Shown here: piece by piece, positions 20,763 to 31,200 of the stretch
Position numbering within the stretch: the first letter of the stretch is position 1
How the letters are laid out: each line of letters opens with the position of its first letter
DNA from: Planctomycetota bacterium
GTDB lineage: Bacteria; Planctomycetota; UBA11346
Assembly: GCA_038231435.1 (NCBI GenBank)
Contig: JBBRLJ010000012.1
Coordinates: forward strand, 1-64,000
Length of the DNA stretch: 64,000 bases
Direction: 5' to 3'
Made by a program: the position numbers and the translations under genes
Notes under the pieces: generated by a model
The model's database searches: none
What the model was told of the DNA's origin: nothing
What the model saw: the letters and a program-made list of their open reading frames with translations, nothing else

Positions 20763-20979
20763 TCGCGTCGTCCGTCGTCGGACAGCCACCGCGATCCGCG
20801 GTGACGGTGCGATCGTGAAGGCCTCGGCCACGGACGACCGACCATCCGCATGCGGCGCCCCGGATCCTTTGCCACGCCTGCGTGACGCGCGATGACGCCG
20901 TCCTTTCTGGGCTCCGCCTCCATCTGCCGCATCAGCGGTCCGGCGCAGCGTGCTCCACGACCTCGATGATGGACATCGC

Positions 20980-21013
20980 AAAAAAACCACCCCGGGGAAA
21001 TCCCCGGGGTGGT
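20980..21013 (-). terminator. Rho-independent terminator of the porin-like gene
   Basis: ACCACCCCGGGGA-AA-TCCCCGGGGTGGT stem with an A7 run on the + strand (U-tract on the - strand). Confidence 0.9.
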
Positions 21014-21038
21014 CGATGCATCACCAGATCGGAATCGA

Positions 21039-22232
21039 TCAGGGGATGACGGCGATGGCCTCGATCGAGAACGTGATGGTGTTGTCGGTGCCATGCGGAC
21101 CCGTGGGGCCGACCGGCTGGCTGGGCGACTGGAAGCCCCAGGCCAGTTCGGCGTTGAGGCCGAAGTTGCTGTCGGTCAGCGGATTGGTCAGCAGGGCGAC
21201 CGCGATCTCGGACGTCTCGACCTCGGCTCCACCGGCTGCACGATAGTTGGTCGTGAGCTGCTGGAGGCTGAGCGTGAGCGACGAGGGGCAGGGCAGCCAC
21301 TTCTCGGCGTAGTTGCCGAGCAGCATCCAACCCAGGGTCTCGTTGTGCGAGCCGGGAACCTTGACGACCGCGCCGCCGACCTGCGTCTTGCCGGTGGTGG
21401 CCTCGCGCCAGATGACTTCGCCGCCGAAGGTGAAGTCGGTGATCTGCTTGATGGTGGCGTTCAGGCCCACCTGGAAGATCGAACCGCCGCGAGTCACCGC
21501 CGGGGTTCCGACCGTGCTGCCATGCGGATCGAACGCGAACTCGAGGTTCACGTTGCTCGCCTTGTCCTTGCCGAAGCCGTAGATCAGGTCGAGGCCGTAG
21601 CTGAGATCCGAATTCTCGCGCGTGGTGGCGGGATGGCCGGCCCCGGTGTTGTAGGTGTCGGTGGGGTTGAAGTAGCCGTTGACCACATGGAAGCTGCCGC
21701 TGATCGGCGAGTTCTTGCCCTGGAAGGCGATCGCGGTGCCGACGACATCGTTGCCGTAGAGGGCGCCGGTATAGCCGATGGTCGAGCCGTTGATGCGGTA
21801 CAGGCCGGTGGGTTCGACCGAGATCCAGCCGAGATGGTTGATGTACTTGCCCATCGTCCAGGACAGGTCGTTGCCGAGATCGACGGTCAGGAACGACTCG
21901 CGCAGCTGCAGCTGGGTGGTCGCGGTGGTGACGGTGCCGGCGCCGGCCGGAGTCGTACCAGAGATATTGTTCACCCACAGGTTGATCTTGGCGTGCAGGC
22001 GGCTGGTGACGGTCCAGCCGACCTTGACGCTGGCGTTGGCGGTGAAGCCGACGGTCGGATCGCCTTCGTTCTGCGGGGTGCCGGCGACATCCTGGGTCGA
22101 GTCATTGTCGGAGATCGAGAAGATGTTGTCCGACCAGCCGCTGATCGTCACGACGTCTTTGTCGGCGGCGAGGGCTGAGGTGGAGAGGAGGGCAACGGCG
22201 CCCAATGCGGGCACGACTTGGCGTAGAATCAC
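21039..22232 (-). CDS. Putative outer-membrane beta-barrel porin
   Basis: GTG start with AAGGAAG RBS, signal peptide ending SALA, alternating beta-strand pattern (LRESFLTVDLG, WTMGKYINHLGW), own terminator. Confidence 0.7.
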   Translation of the reverse strand: MILRQVVPALGAVALLSTSALAADKDVVTISGWSDNIFSISDNDSTQDVAGTPQNEGDPTVGFTANASVKVGWTVTSRLHAKINLWVNNISGTTPAGAGTVTTATTQLQLRESFLTVDLGNDLSWTMGKYINHLGWISVEPTGLYRINGSTIGYTGALYGNDVVGTAIAFQGKNSPISGSFHVVNGYFNPTDTYNTGAGHPATTRENSDLSYGLDLIYGFGKDKASNVNLEFAFDPHGSTVGTPAVTRGGSIFQVGLNATIKQITDFTFGGEVIWREATTGKTQVGGAVVKVPGSHNETLGWMLLGNYAEKWLPCPSSLTLSLQQLTTNYRAAGGAEVETSEIAVALLTNPLTDSNFGLNAELAWGFQSPSQPVGPTGPHGTDNTITFSIEAIAVIP

Positions 22233-22496
22233 GAGTGCTTCCTTGGTTAAGCTTGTCTCTGGGCTAGACCTGACCGACCCCCACACAGGGCCAGCCAGTC
22301 AGTCAACCGTTCACCGTGGGGTGTGTGTACCCCCGCAGCAGACGCTAACCACGTGACTAAGGCGCGGATCTTGATGGGTTCATATCGATTGCAATTGCCT
22401 ATTTAGGCAGCAGTTGAACCCCTTCGTTGGTTGTAACTGGTTCACTGCCATCAGCCTGACCGGCCCCAGGTTGAATCCCCGTCGCTCGCCTCCACC

Positions 22497-23981
22497 ATGC
22501 CCCGCGTCATGACGCCTGATCTCGCCGCGTGCCAGGACCTTGCCCAGCAAGGATATACCGTGATTCCCCTGGTCCGCCGGCTGGTCGCCGATGAGCTCAC
22601 GCCGGTCGGCGTCCTGGCCCGGATCCAGTCCGAACCCTATGCCTTCCTGTTCGAGAGCGTGGTCGGCGGCGAACGCGTCGCGCGCTACAGCATGCTGGGT
22701 TTCGCCCCCCGCGAGCGGCTCGTGGGCGATCTCCACCAGGTGAAGCTGCATCGCGCCGACGGGAGCATCACCATTTTGCCGGGAGATCCCTACGAGGCCG
22801 TCCGCGCCTACGTGCGCCCGCTGAAGAGCCCGCAGGTCGCCGGCTTGCCGCGTTTCTCGGGCGGGCTGGTCGGTTATTTCGGCTACGACGCGGTGCGCCT
22901 GGTCGAGCCGTTGCCGAAGTGCCCGCCCGATGAGCTGGGTCTGCCGGACGTCCACCTGATGCGCTTCGACACCGTCGTGGTGTTCGATCACAGCTACAAC
23001 CACCTCATCCTCATCACCCATGTCGATCTCACCGGCGGCGAGCCGCTGGACGTGCTCTATGCGCGCGCCGAGCGCGACCTCGATGTGCTGCAGGCCCGGA
23101 TATCAGAGCCTTTGAAGCCGCATCTGGTCGCCGCCTCACCGGGTGCCGACATCGCCTACCGGAGTCATACGCCGCGCGCTGACTTCGAGGCGTCGGTGCG
23201 ACGCATCCAGGAATTCATCCGCGCCGGAGACGCGTTCCAGATCGTGCTCAGCCAGCGCCTGAGCGCGCCCTGCACGGTGACGCCATTCCAGGTCTACCGC
23301 AGCCTGCGCAGCATCAATCCGAGCCCGTACCTCTTCTATCTGCGCCTCGACGCCGCCAGTCTGGTCGGCGCCAGTCCCGAATTGCTGGTGCGCGTCGAGG
23401 ACGGTCGCGTGGCAGTGCGACCGATCGCCGGCACCACGCTGCGCGGCGCCACGCCCGAGGAGGACGAGCGCCTCGGCCGTGAGCTGCTCGCGGATCCGAA
23501 GGAGCGCGCCGAGCACGTCATGCTCATCGATCTCGGCCGCAACGATGTCGGCCGTGTCTGCAAGCCCGGCAGCGTGCATCTGAAGGAGCGCATGGTGATC
23601 GAGCGCTACAGCCACGTGCAGCACATCGTCAGCCATGTCGAAGGCGATCTCCGCGATGATCTCGACGCGCTCGACGCGCTGCGCTGCTGCCACCCGGCGG
23701 GCACGGTCAGCGGCGCGCCGAAGGTGCGCGCGATGCAGATCATCGACGAGCTCGAGCCACTCAAGCGCGGCCCGTACGCCGGCGCCGTCGGCTATCTCGA
23801 CTTCCGCGGCAACCTCGACACCTGCATAGCCCTGCGCACCGCGATCCTCGCAAACGGCGAGGTCCACGTGCAGGCCGGCGCCGGCGTCGTCGCCGACAGC
23901 ATCCCCGCGAACGAGTTCGAGGAGACGCTGCGCAAAGCCCGCGCGACGCTTCAGGCCATTGCCCGTGCCGGGCAGTTCTAG
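22497..23981 (+). CDS. trpE: Anthranilate synthase component I
   Basis: FLFESVVGGERVARYS, GDAFQIVLSQR, NPSPY, RPIAGT, KERAEHVMLIDLGRND, PAGTVSGAPK, QAGAGVVADS. Confidence 0.95.
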   Translation: MPRVMTPDLAACQDLAQQGYTVIPLVRRLVADELTPVGVLARIQSEPYAFLFESVVGGERVARYSMLGFAPRERLVGDLHQVKLHRADGSITILPGDPYEAVRAYVRPLKSPQVAGLPRFSGGLVGYFGYDAVRLVEPLPKCPPDELGLPDVHLMRFDTVVVFDHSYNHLILITHVDLTGGEPLDVLYARAERDLDVLQARISEPLKPHLVAASPGADIAYRSHTPRADFEASVRRIQEFIRAGDAFQIVLSQRLSAPCTVTPFQVYRSLRSINPSPYLFYLRLDAASLVGASPELLVRVEDGRVAVRPIAGTTLRGATPEEDERLGRELLADPKERAEHVMLIDLGRNDVGRVCKPGSVHLKERMVIERYSHVQHIVSHVEGDLRDDLDALDALRCCHPAGTVSGAPKVRAMQIIDELEPLKRGPYAGAVGYLDFRGNLDTCIALRTAILANGEVHVQAGAGVVADSIPANEFEETLRKARATLQAIARAGQF

Positions 23982-24010
23982 TTTACAGGGGCTCCGCGCC
24001 TATTTACATG

Positions 24011-24423
24011 CAGGGGCTCCGCCCCTACGGCGCTGCGCGCCTACCCCACGGGCTTTGTCGGTGCTCGATTTCGCCGGGGGCCGGCGAAATCGTGGGCGGA
24101 TGGGCTTCGCCCATTATATCCGCCCACCGCACCTCGGCGCCCGGCGGCGATGCCGCGGTTTTGACAGGGGCTCCGCCCCTACGGCCTGAACGGCCTACCC
24201 TTGTTGTCGAGGATCTCTTTGATCTAGGGGTAGGCGCGCAGCGTCGTAAGGGCGAAGCCCTTATCAAAACCGTGGCGAAGCCGCCGGGCGCCGAGTGACG
24301 GTCGGCGGATACAATGGGCGTAGCCCATTGTATCCGCCGACGATGTCGCCGGCATCCGGCGACATCGAGTCACGACAAAGCCCGTGGGGTAGGCCCGTCA
24401 GGGCCATAGGGGCGGAGCCCCTA
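24011..24423. repeat. Composite palindromic REP/BIME-like element made of two diverged ~190-bp inverted copies
   Basis: Arms 24011-24200 and 24227-24423 are reverse complements; the GGGGCTCCGCCCCTA(C) unit recurs; stacked internal hairpins; lies between convergent genes. Confidence 0.85.
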
Positions 24424-25380
24424 CTTAGAAAGCACGGCGCGGAGATCCTCGGGGCGATCCAGGATCGCCATGATCGTGCGCTTGGGCGGAGGGCCGAGGA
24501 GCACGGAGACCGATTGGCGGGGGGACAGCTTCCAGGCGCGCTGCCAGGCCTCGGCGTCGCCGCCGGCGGCGGGACTCGCCCACAGCACGTCCATGCGCTC
24601 GCTGCCGGGGATGCCGCGCGATTTGGTCAGCGCGCCAAGCGGGGTGCTCTCGCTGGTCACGCAGACGATGCGCGCGGCGCCGGCGTACTCGGGGCGGGCG
24701 GCTTCGGCGAGCCAGCGTTTGAGCTGGTATTGGTTCTCGTCGTCGAGCACGTCGGTGAATACATAGACCAGCCAGGCCTCGGGCCTGGTGGCTGGATCGT
24801 CGGGACCGCCGGTGAGGTTCTTGCCGGTGGTGAGCGGCGGGGGCTGGCCGACCATCTCGTGCAGGAATACCAGGTTCAGGACCGGCTGGAATTCGGGAAT
24901 CCGCTCGACCAGCACCTGTGCGCGCTTGCGCGCCTGAGGCAGATCCCCCGCTTTCAGCAGGTATTCGACGCGTAGCCGCTCGCCGAGGCCCTTGACCTTC
25001 AGCGAGGGCGACGCCTCGAGACGATCCAGGCATTCGGCGACGCCCTTGCCATTCGCATAGGTCATCCGCCAGCCGGCCAACCACAGCAGCACCTTGTTCT
25101 GCGAGGTCGTGCCCTTGACGTCGTCGAGCGCCCGTTCGAGGCGCGGACCGAAATCTCCTGCCTGACGTTCACGCTCTTCCGGCGCCAGCGCGCGCCACGC
25201 CAGGACCTTGCCCTCGAGTTCATCGAGCACGCGCTGCGCATCGCGCTCGCGCTGGTCCGCCTCCGCCTCAGGCGTGCGCTCGTCGCCGCATCCCCCGAGC
25301 ACCAGCAGCGACGCCGGAACGCCCAGCAGCCCGAGCATCATCAAGCCGCTCGCGAGAGCGGAGGGAACGGTACGCTTCAT
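24421..25380 (-). CDS. Hypothetical lipoprotein (helical/TPR-like N-half, thioredoxin-like C-half)
   Basis: Lipobox LVLGGC after a hydrophobic leader; C-half GQPPP...GKNLTG...WLVYVF resembles a redoxin fold without CxxC. Confidence 0.65.
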   Translation of the reverse strand: MKRTVPSALASGLMMLGLLGVPASLLVLGGCGDERTPEAEADQRERDAQRVLDELEGKVLAWRALAPEERERQAGDFGPRLERALDDVKGTTSQNKVLLWLAGWRMTYANGKGVAECLDRLEASPSLKVKGLGERLRVEYLLKAGDLPQARKRAQVLVERIPEFQPVLNLVFLHEMVGQPPPLTTGKNLTGGPDDPATRPEAWLVYVFTDVLDDENQYQLKRWLAEAARPEYAGAARIVCVTSESTPLGALTKSRGIPGSERMDVLWASPAAGGDAEAWQRAWKLSPRQSVSVLLGPPPKRTIMAILDRPEDLRAVLSK

Positions 25381-25540
25381 GGCGCGGAGTATGTCGCCCT
25401 TTTGCATTTCGGGAGCCGAAGCCCCCGAATCGCCACCGCGATCACGACGATGCTGAGGCGAAGCCGTCAAAATCGCGTCATCGATTGTCGCCCTGGGGGG
25501 CGCAGGGGGCGTAGCCCCCAACCCGGCGGCACCGCCGCCG

Positions 25541-25664
25541 CGACCGCCGAGCCCTGGTTTGCGTGAATAATGGGCGCAGCCCATCACGCAAACATCCTGG
25601 CCGCCCGGCGGCCAGGATGAAGGGCGACAAAGGTCGTGGGGGCTCGGGGGCAGAGCCCCCGAAA
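25541..25664. repeat. Dispersed intergenic hairpin repeat, copy 1
   Basis: CGACCGCCGAG.CCTGG...GCGTGAA..ATGGGCGCAGCCCATCACGCAAACAT...GTGGGGG..CGGGGGCA.AGCCCC, matching 63531-63649. Confidence 0.85.
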
Positions 25665-25670
25665 CCTAAG

Positions 25671-25925
25671 CTAAGCCTTCTCGAACTTGATCACCTCGAC
25701 CGGACAGCCTTCCGCGGCCTCTTCGATCTGGTCGGCGAGTTCACTGCCGATCGCGTCCTTGAGCGGATTCCTGGCCTCGAGATTGGTGTCCTGCTTGCCG
25801 TCGACGCGCACCTCGGAGCGGATGTGGCAGGAGTCCTCGGTGACGTTGAAGACCTCGGGGCAGGTCGTTTCGCATGCATTGCACACGATGCAGCCTTCTT
25901 CGATCCAAACGCGCGTGACGGACAT
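25671..25925 (-). CDS. Ferredoxin (single 4Fe-4S/3Fe-4S cluster type)
   Basis: CIVCNACETTCPEVF ... AAEGCPVEVI. Confidence 0.93.
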   Translation of the reverse strand: MSVTRVWIEEGCIVCNACETTCPEVFNVTEDSCHIRSEVRVDGKQDTNLEARNPLKDAIGSELADQIEEAAEGCPVEVIKFEKA

Positions 25926-26180
25926 GGGTCTCTCTGAGGTGAAGTGGGTGCCGAGGCCTGACCACCGACGTTGCTCGGGGCGCGGATTGAAGCACCCCTG
26001 GGCGGCGAGCGCAAGGACCCAGTGTGGCTATCGTGACGGCGAGGGTCATGCGAAACACGGTGTTTGCCCATGCCCACCGTCGATGGAGGCCGGGGAGGGG
26101 TTGAAGAAGCCCTGGATCCGCTGGCTGGCGCCATGGGCGGGAGACATGGCCGTGGCGCCGCAGCGGTTTAGCATGCGCCC

Positions 26181-27137
26181 ATGCGACGCTTGCTGGTGGC
26201 GGCACTACTAGGGGCCCTGAACCGCCTCGCCGCCGACACGGCCGCGCGGGTCGGCGGGGGGCTCGGCGTCATCGCTTGGCGGCTGGGGGTACGCCGCCGC
26301 GTGGTGAACGACATCATCGCACGAGCCCTCGCCCTGGACCCGGTCGCCCGTCGCCGCGTCACCCGCCGCGCCTATGCCACCATGGGGGCCAACTTCATCG
26401 AAGTCTGGACCATCGGCGGCCCCGACGGCCCGGAACGCCATCTGCGTCTGCTCACCCCTCGGTGGCAGCAGCGCATCCATGCGCAGGGCCGGGCACTGGC
26501 CTACGTAGGGCCGCACCTCGGGGCGTGGGACGTCGGCGGCCACGGCATCGTTGGACCGGCGCGACGGCTGCTCGTCTACGCCAAGGCCCAGCACAGCCCC
26601 GAGGTCGACCGGCTGGTAAATATGCAGCGCGAACGCCTCGGCTATCGCGTGCTGCTGACCCAGCACGGCGATCGCACCGGCGCGGTCACCGTGCTGCGCT
26701 CGTTGCGCGAGGGCGCCTCGGTGGCATTGATGGGCGACCAGAGGCCGGGCGACCACGAGGCCGCGCCCGCATGGTTCCTCGGACAGCGCGCCAACTGCCA
26801 CTTGGGTCCTGGATTCTTTGCCGGACGCGCCGGGGTGAGCCTGGTGCCATCCTTCTGCGTGCGCGTGCGCGCCGGGGAGAGTGCTTTGTTCGTGGGCAGG
26901 CCGTTGGCGCCGCGGCCGGGGCTCGATCTGACGCAAGCGGTGATGGACTGGTATTCGGCGATGATCGCAGCGTTCCCCGGACAGTACTTCTGGCATCACC
27001 GGCGGTTCTCGGGCACGGCCCCGGAACTCGTTCCCAGGTCGGGCGAGCCGTGGCGGGAGAGGGGATTGAGGGTGTTGGTGGATGAGGTGGTCGAGGGGGG
27101 GGTCGGAGACGACGGAAGACGGAAGACGAAAGACTGA
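26181..27137 (+). CDS. Lipid A late acyltransferase (LpxL/HtrB family)
   Basis: HLGAWD (Hx4D), RERLG, LMGDQ, FLG, PGQYFWHHRRF. Confidence 0.88.
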   Translation: MRRLLVAALLGALNRLAADTAARVGGGLGVIAWRLGVRRRVVNDIIARALALDPVARRRVTRRAYATMGANFIEVWTIGGPDGPERHLRLLTPRWQQRIHAQGRALAYVGPHLGAWDVGGHGIVGPARRLLVYAKAQHSPEVDRLVNMQRERLGYRVLLTQHGDRTGAVTVLRSLREGASVALMGDQRPGDHEAAPAWFLGQRANCHLGPGFFAGRAGVSLVPSFCVRVRAGESALFVGRPLAPRPGLDLTQAVMDWYSAMIAAFPGQYFWHHRRFSGTAPELVPRSGEPWRERGLRVLVDEVVEGGVGDDGRRKTKD

Positions 27138-27219
27138 AGGTCTTCGAGGTTCTTCGATCTTCAGTCTTCCATCTTTTCCTCTCCTCTCTTCCGGCTTCCG
27201 TCTCCCCTCCTCCCTCTTC
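27106..27219. repeat. GAAGnnn/nnnCTTC heptamer inverted pair
   Basis: gaagacg gaagacg aaagact gaaggtc ... gatcttc agtcttc catcttt ... cggcttc cgtctcc. Confidence 0.8.
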
Positions 27220-27230
27220 TACTGCGAGCG

Positions 27231-27584
27231 ATGTACATCGATATCGAGCCGAACGACAACATCGCCGATGCGACGATGGCGACCTTCAAGGAGACCGGCG
27301 ACGGCCTTCCGGTCAGAGCCGTGCGGCTCTCGCTCGACGATGGCTGGGCCTGGTGCGCGGTCACCGGCTGGGCGGTCGACGGGCCGACGGCCGCGTTGAT
27401 CACGCCCATCGAGGAGAGCGGCGATGGCCCGGCGCGGCTGCTCCATGGCGGTGAGCAGGGCCTGCGTCTCGCGCGCATCGCGACGTCGGCCGGTGCCGCG
27501 GGGGTGGCGTGGGACATCGCGGATGCCACGCAGTGGGGCGAGCCGTTCCTGATCTGCCGTCCCGAAACCGAGTTCTCGTCGTGA
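27231..27584 (+). CDS. Hypothetical protein
   Basis: 117-aa ORF with typical codon bias; stop overlaps the GTG of the next gene (GTGA). Confidence 0.7.
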   Translation: MYIDIEPNDNIADATMATFKETGDGLPVRAVRLSLDDGWAWCAVTGWAVDGPTAALITPIEESGDGPARLLHGGEQGLRLARIATSAGAAGVAWDIADATQWGEPFLICRPETEFSS

Positions 27585-28255
27585 GCGAGCCATCCGCCGG
27601 CGATGCGCCGTACTACATTCGCACCCACCCCCAAGGTCGCGAGCGTCTACCGAATGGTCAGGTGCTGACCACGAAATGGCCGGTGCTGACCTACGGGCCG
27701 ACGCCGATGGTCGATACCACGAGTTGGCGCATGCGCGTGTGGGGAGCCGTCGAGCAGCCCATCGAGCTCGATTGGCAGGCGCTGTGCCGGTTGCCGTTCG
27801 TGCGCCTGACCGCGGACATGCACTGCGTCACCACCTGGTCGATCCACGACATGCGCTGGGGTGGCTACCGTGCGCGCGACGTCCTGGCGCTGGCGCGACC
27901 GACCGCGGCGGCGACGCACGTCATGCAGCACGCCTACGGCGACTACACCGTGAACGTCGATCTGCCGTCGATGCTCGACGACGACGTGCTGATCGCCACC
28001 GAAGCCAACGGCGAGCCGCTCGACGCCGAACACGGCGGGCCCGCGCGCATCGTGGTCCCGAAGCGCTGGGCATGGAAGGGCGCGAAGTGGGTCAACGGCT
28101 TCGAACTGATGACCCAGGACAAGCGCGGGTTCTGGGAAGTGAACGGATACCACAACCATGCCGATCCGTGGGGGCATGGAGAAGAGCGGTATAGCCATCA
28201 GGAGCAGGCGGTGAAGACGAGGAAGGAAGGCAACGAGTTGAGGCGGAAGAAGTAG
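27581..28255 (+). CDS. Sulfite-oxidase-like molybdopterin-dependent oxidoreductase (YuiH-like)
   Basis: RLPNGQ, DMHCVTTWS, EHGGPARIVVP, WKGAKW, GFWEVNGYH..ADPW. Confidence 0.9.
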   Translation: MSEPSAGDAPYYIRTHPQGRERLPNGQVLTTKWPVLTYGPTPMVDTTSWRMRVWGAVEQPIELDWQALCRLPFVRLTADMHCVTTWSIHDMRWGGYRARDVLALARPTAAATHVMQHAYGDYTVNVDLPSMLDDDVLIATEANGEPLDAEHGGPARIVVPKRWAWKGAKWVNGFELMTQDKRGFWEVNGYHNHADPWGHGEERYSHQEQAVKTRKEGNELRRKK

Positions 28256-28277
28256 ATCCGAGCCTCCGAGAAACCGA

Positions 28278-31200
28278 TCAGAGCGCTGAGTCGATATCCT
28301 TGATGTCCTTCTTGGGGGCCGGTGGTTCCGGCGTCTTCGCGGGAACCGGCTTCTGCGTTGGCGAAGGCGTCGTCGTCGCAGCCGCGGGTGCTGGCTTGGC
28401 AGTGGCAGGGACGTCTGGTGTCGGCGGCTGCGCCGACACCGGCGCGTCCGCATCGCCCCACAGGCGTATCACGACGACCAGCGCATCCTGTCCGCCGCCC
28501 GCGTTGGTCTGCGTGGCATTCACGCCGGCCAAGGCCCTCGCGGCGGTGGTGCCGCCGAGCACCAGCAACCCATCCTTGATGGCGATGGATCCGAACGCCT
28601 CGATGCCGCGATCCGCGGCGCTCTCGCCGCCGAAGCGCATGTCGACGAGCACCGAGCCGAGATCGGCGGCGAGCACGGATAGGCCGGCCTGGCCTGGCAG
28701 TCGGGTGTCGTACTGGTGCGTCGAGGCGCTCGCCGCGAGGTAGATCCTGCCCCACGCATCCACCGCGCGCGCGCATGGCGGAGCGGGCAGGAACATGGTT
28801 TTCAGCGGCGTGCCGTCCGAACCATCGAGGAGCACATAGCACGAGGCCGCGCCATCGGGCTGCGACGAGAGGCCGGGCATCGGCTTGGCGATGTCGCGCG
28901 GATCGCGTACCAAGCAGGTGTTCGCGGCTTCGCACCAGAACGCGGCGACGAAACGCGTGTCGGCTACGGCATCGGCGCCATAGCAGCGGGTATCGGCGCC
29001 GAGCCCGAGCGCCAGGATGCGCTCCGGTGGAGCATCCCACCACGTCCAGCCCTGGCCCGAGACCAACGGCAGCTGCAGCTGCGCGCCGGCCTGGCGCGTG
29101 CCGACGTTCACCGAGCGTCCGCTGCGCGGATCGACGACGCTGCGCGCTTGCGTGGGCAGGCGCGGACGCGCATCGAAGTGGTTCGCATCGGCGGTGGCCG
29201 GATCTCCGGAGACCGTGGTCTTGCCGTCGGCTGCGTCGATCTGCACTGAGAAGCCGCTGCCCTTGGCGAACGGATTCCCCTGTGCATCGAAACCGACCTC
29301 ACTGATCGCCTGATCGCCGGCGCCGCCGATGCGCGACTCCATCAGGACGCGCGGTCGCAGCTCGGGCGGGTGGGCCAGGTCGATGGCCGTGGGAGCGGCG
29401 CCGGGAGCAGCCTGCGCCAGCTGCGGCGCAGGGGCCGAAGCCGGCACCAGGCCGGCACCAGGTGACGGCGGGGTGGCTGCGGTCGCGGAAGGATGCCAGA
29501 GCGGCTGCGTGCCTGTTGCCGTTCCAGAGGAGGGCGACGGTTTGTTGCGCCCTGCTTCCGTATCAGCTGTACCTGGCGTGCGGCGCATCGTGCTCAGCAG
29601 CACGATGGCGACGAGCATGATCACCAGCACGCCGATGCCCGCCCACGCCGAGGAGGGGATGCCCAGCTCCCGGCCAAGGCTCTGCTTCGGCACGGTGCGC
29701 GAGCTGCTCGCCGAGCGTAGGCGCTCGGTCGGCTTCGCCGAGGGTGGGACCGTCGCTGGCGCCGCCGTCGCGGCCGCGGCCATCACTTCGCTGGGTCGCC
29801 GGATCTCGCTGGGCCGCCTGACTTCGCTCGGCCGTTTGCCCTCACCAGGGCGGCTGCTCGGCGCGACGGCGGGCAGCACCGAGCTCGGGCTCCTCTTGGC
29901 AGTGGCAGTGGCGCCGAGGATCGAGGTGCCGCCAGGCGGGGTGGGCAGATCCTTGCCGGCGATCACCGCGTCGATCTGCGCGCGCGCCTCGTCCCACGTG
30001 GCGAAGCGGTGCGCGGGCGCGCGCGCCAGCAGCCGCGAGACCAGGCGATCGAATCCCTGCGAAACCTCGGGAACCTGGGCCCGCAGGGCCGGGACGCCAC
30101 CGCCGATGCGCGCGTTGGCGACCTCGGCGCGCGTGCCAGGTCCGAACGGCGGCCGTCCGGTCAGGCACTGGTAGAGGATGAGGCCGAAGCTGAATTGGTT
30201 GGCTCGAGCGTCGGCCGCGCCGCCGGTCGCTTCCTCGGGGGCGATCCAGCGCGAATCACCGCCCTCGCCCGGTTGGAGCGGATCGAAGGGGGCACACATC
30301 GTGAAATCGCCGACCATCGCCGTGCCTTCGGCGTCGAAGAGGATGTTGCCGGGGCGCAGGCCCTGATGCGAGACGCGCTCCTTCTCGGCAGCGGCCATCG
30401 CGTTGGCGATGTCCTTCGCCATGGTCAGGCAGCGCTCGACCGACAGCTTTGGGGTGGCGGAAAGCTTTTCGGCGAGCGAACCGCCGGGGATCCATTCCAT
30501 GACCACTGCGGGGAGCACGGCGTTCTGTGCCACTTTCAGGATCCGCACCACGTTGGGATGCGTTACCCGCATCTGGCTGCGCGCGCCGTTGGCGAAACGC
30601 GCCACCGCGCCGGCATCGTCCTTCAATCCGGGATCGAGCAGTTTCACCGCGGTGGCGCCGCCGCGGGCATCTCGCGCCCGGTAGACGACACCCAGGGTGC
30701 CCGCGCCCACGCGTGTCGCGAGCGTCTGCTCCTCGATGGTCTGGCCGCCGAGCTCGTCGATGCGGCCGTCCACGAATTCGAGCAGCGTGCGGCCGATGCG
30801 AATGCGGTCGCCGGTCTTCAGGCGCACCTCGCTGGTGACGCGGTCGCCATTGAGGAAGGTTTCGCAATCCGCGTGGCAGGAGCGCAGGCGCCAGGCGCCA
30901 CCGCGCAGGCTCAGCTGGGCATGCTCGGCGGCCTCGGCGTCCGGGCCGATCGCCACCTGGCACTTGTCCTTGCCGATGTCCCTGCCGATGACCGCGAGCG
31001 TCCCGGAGAGCGCGACATGCGCGGGAGCGGTCGGGCCCTCGAGCACTTCGAGCCGTGTGCCCGCGGCGGGCGGAGTGACGATATCGAATTCGAGCTCGGT
31101 GATGCCGATGCGGATGCGGTCGCCTGGCTTCAGCGTCGCAGGCGCGACCAGCTTGGTGCCGTTGAGCAGGGTGCCGTTGCGGGATTTGAGATCCTCGAGG

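Noticed and set aside
23985..24424. Possible CRISPR array or small ORFs in the repeat region
   Set aside because: Repeats are inverted and not regularly spaced with unique spacers; no cas genes; the ORFs are translations of palindromes.
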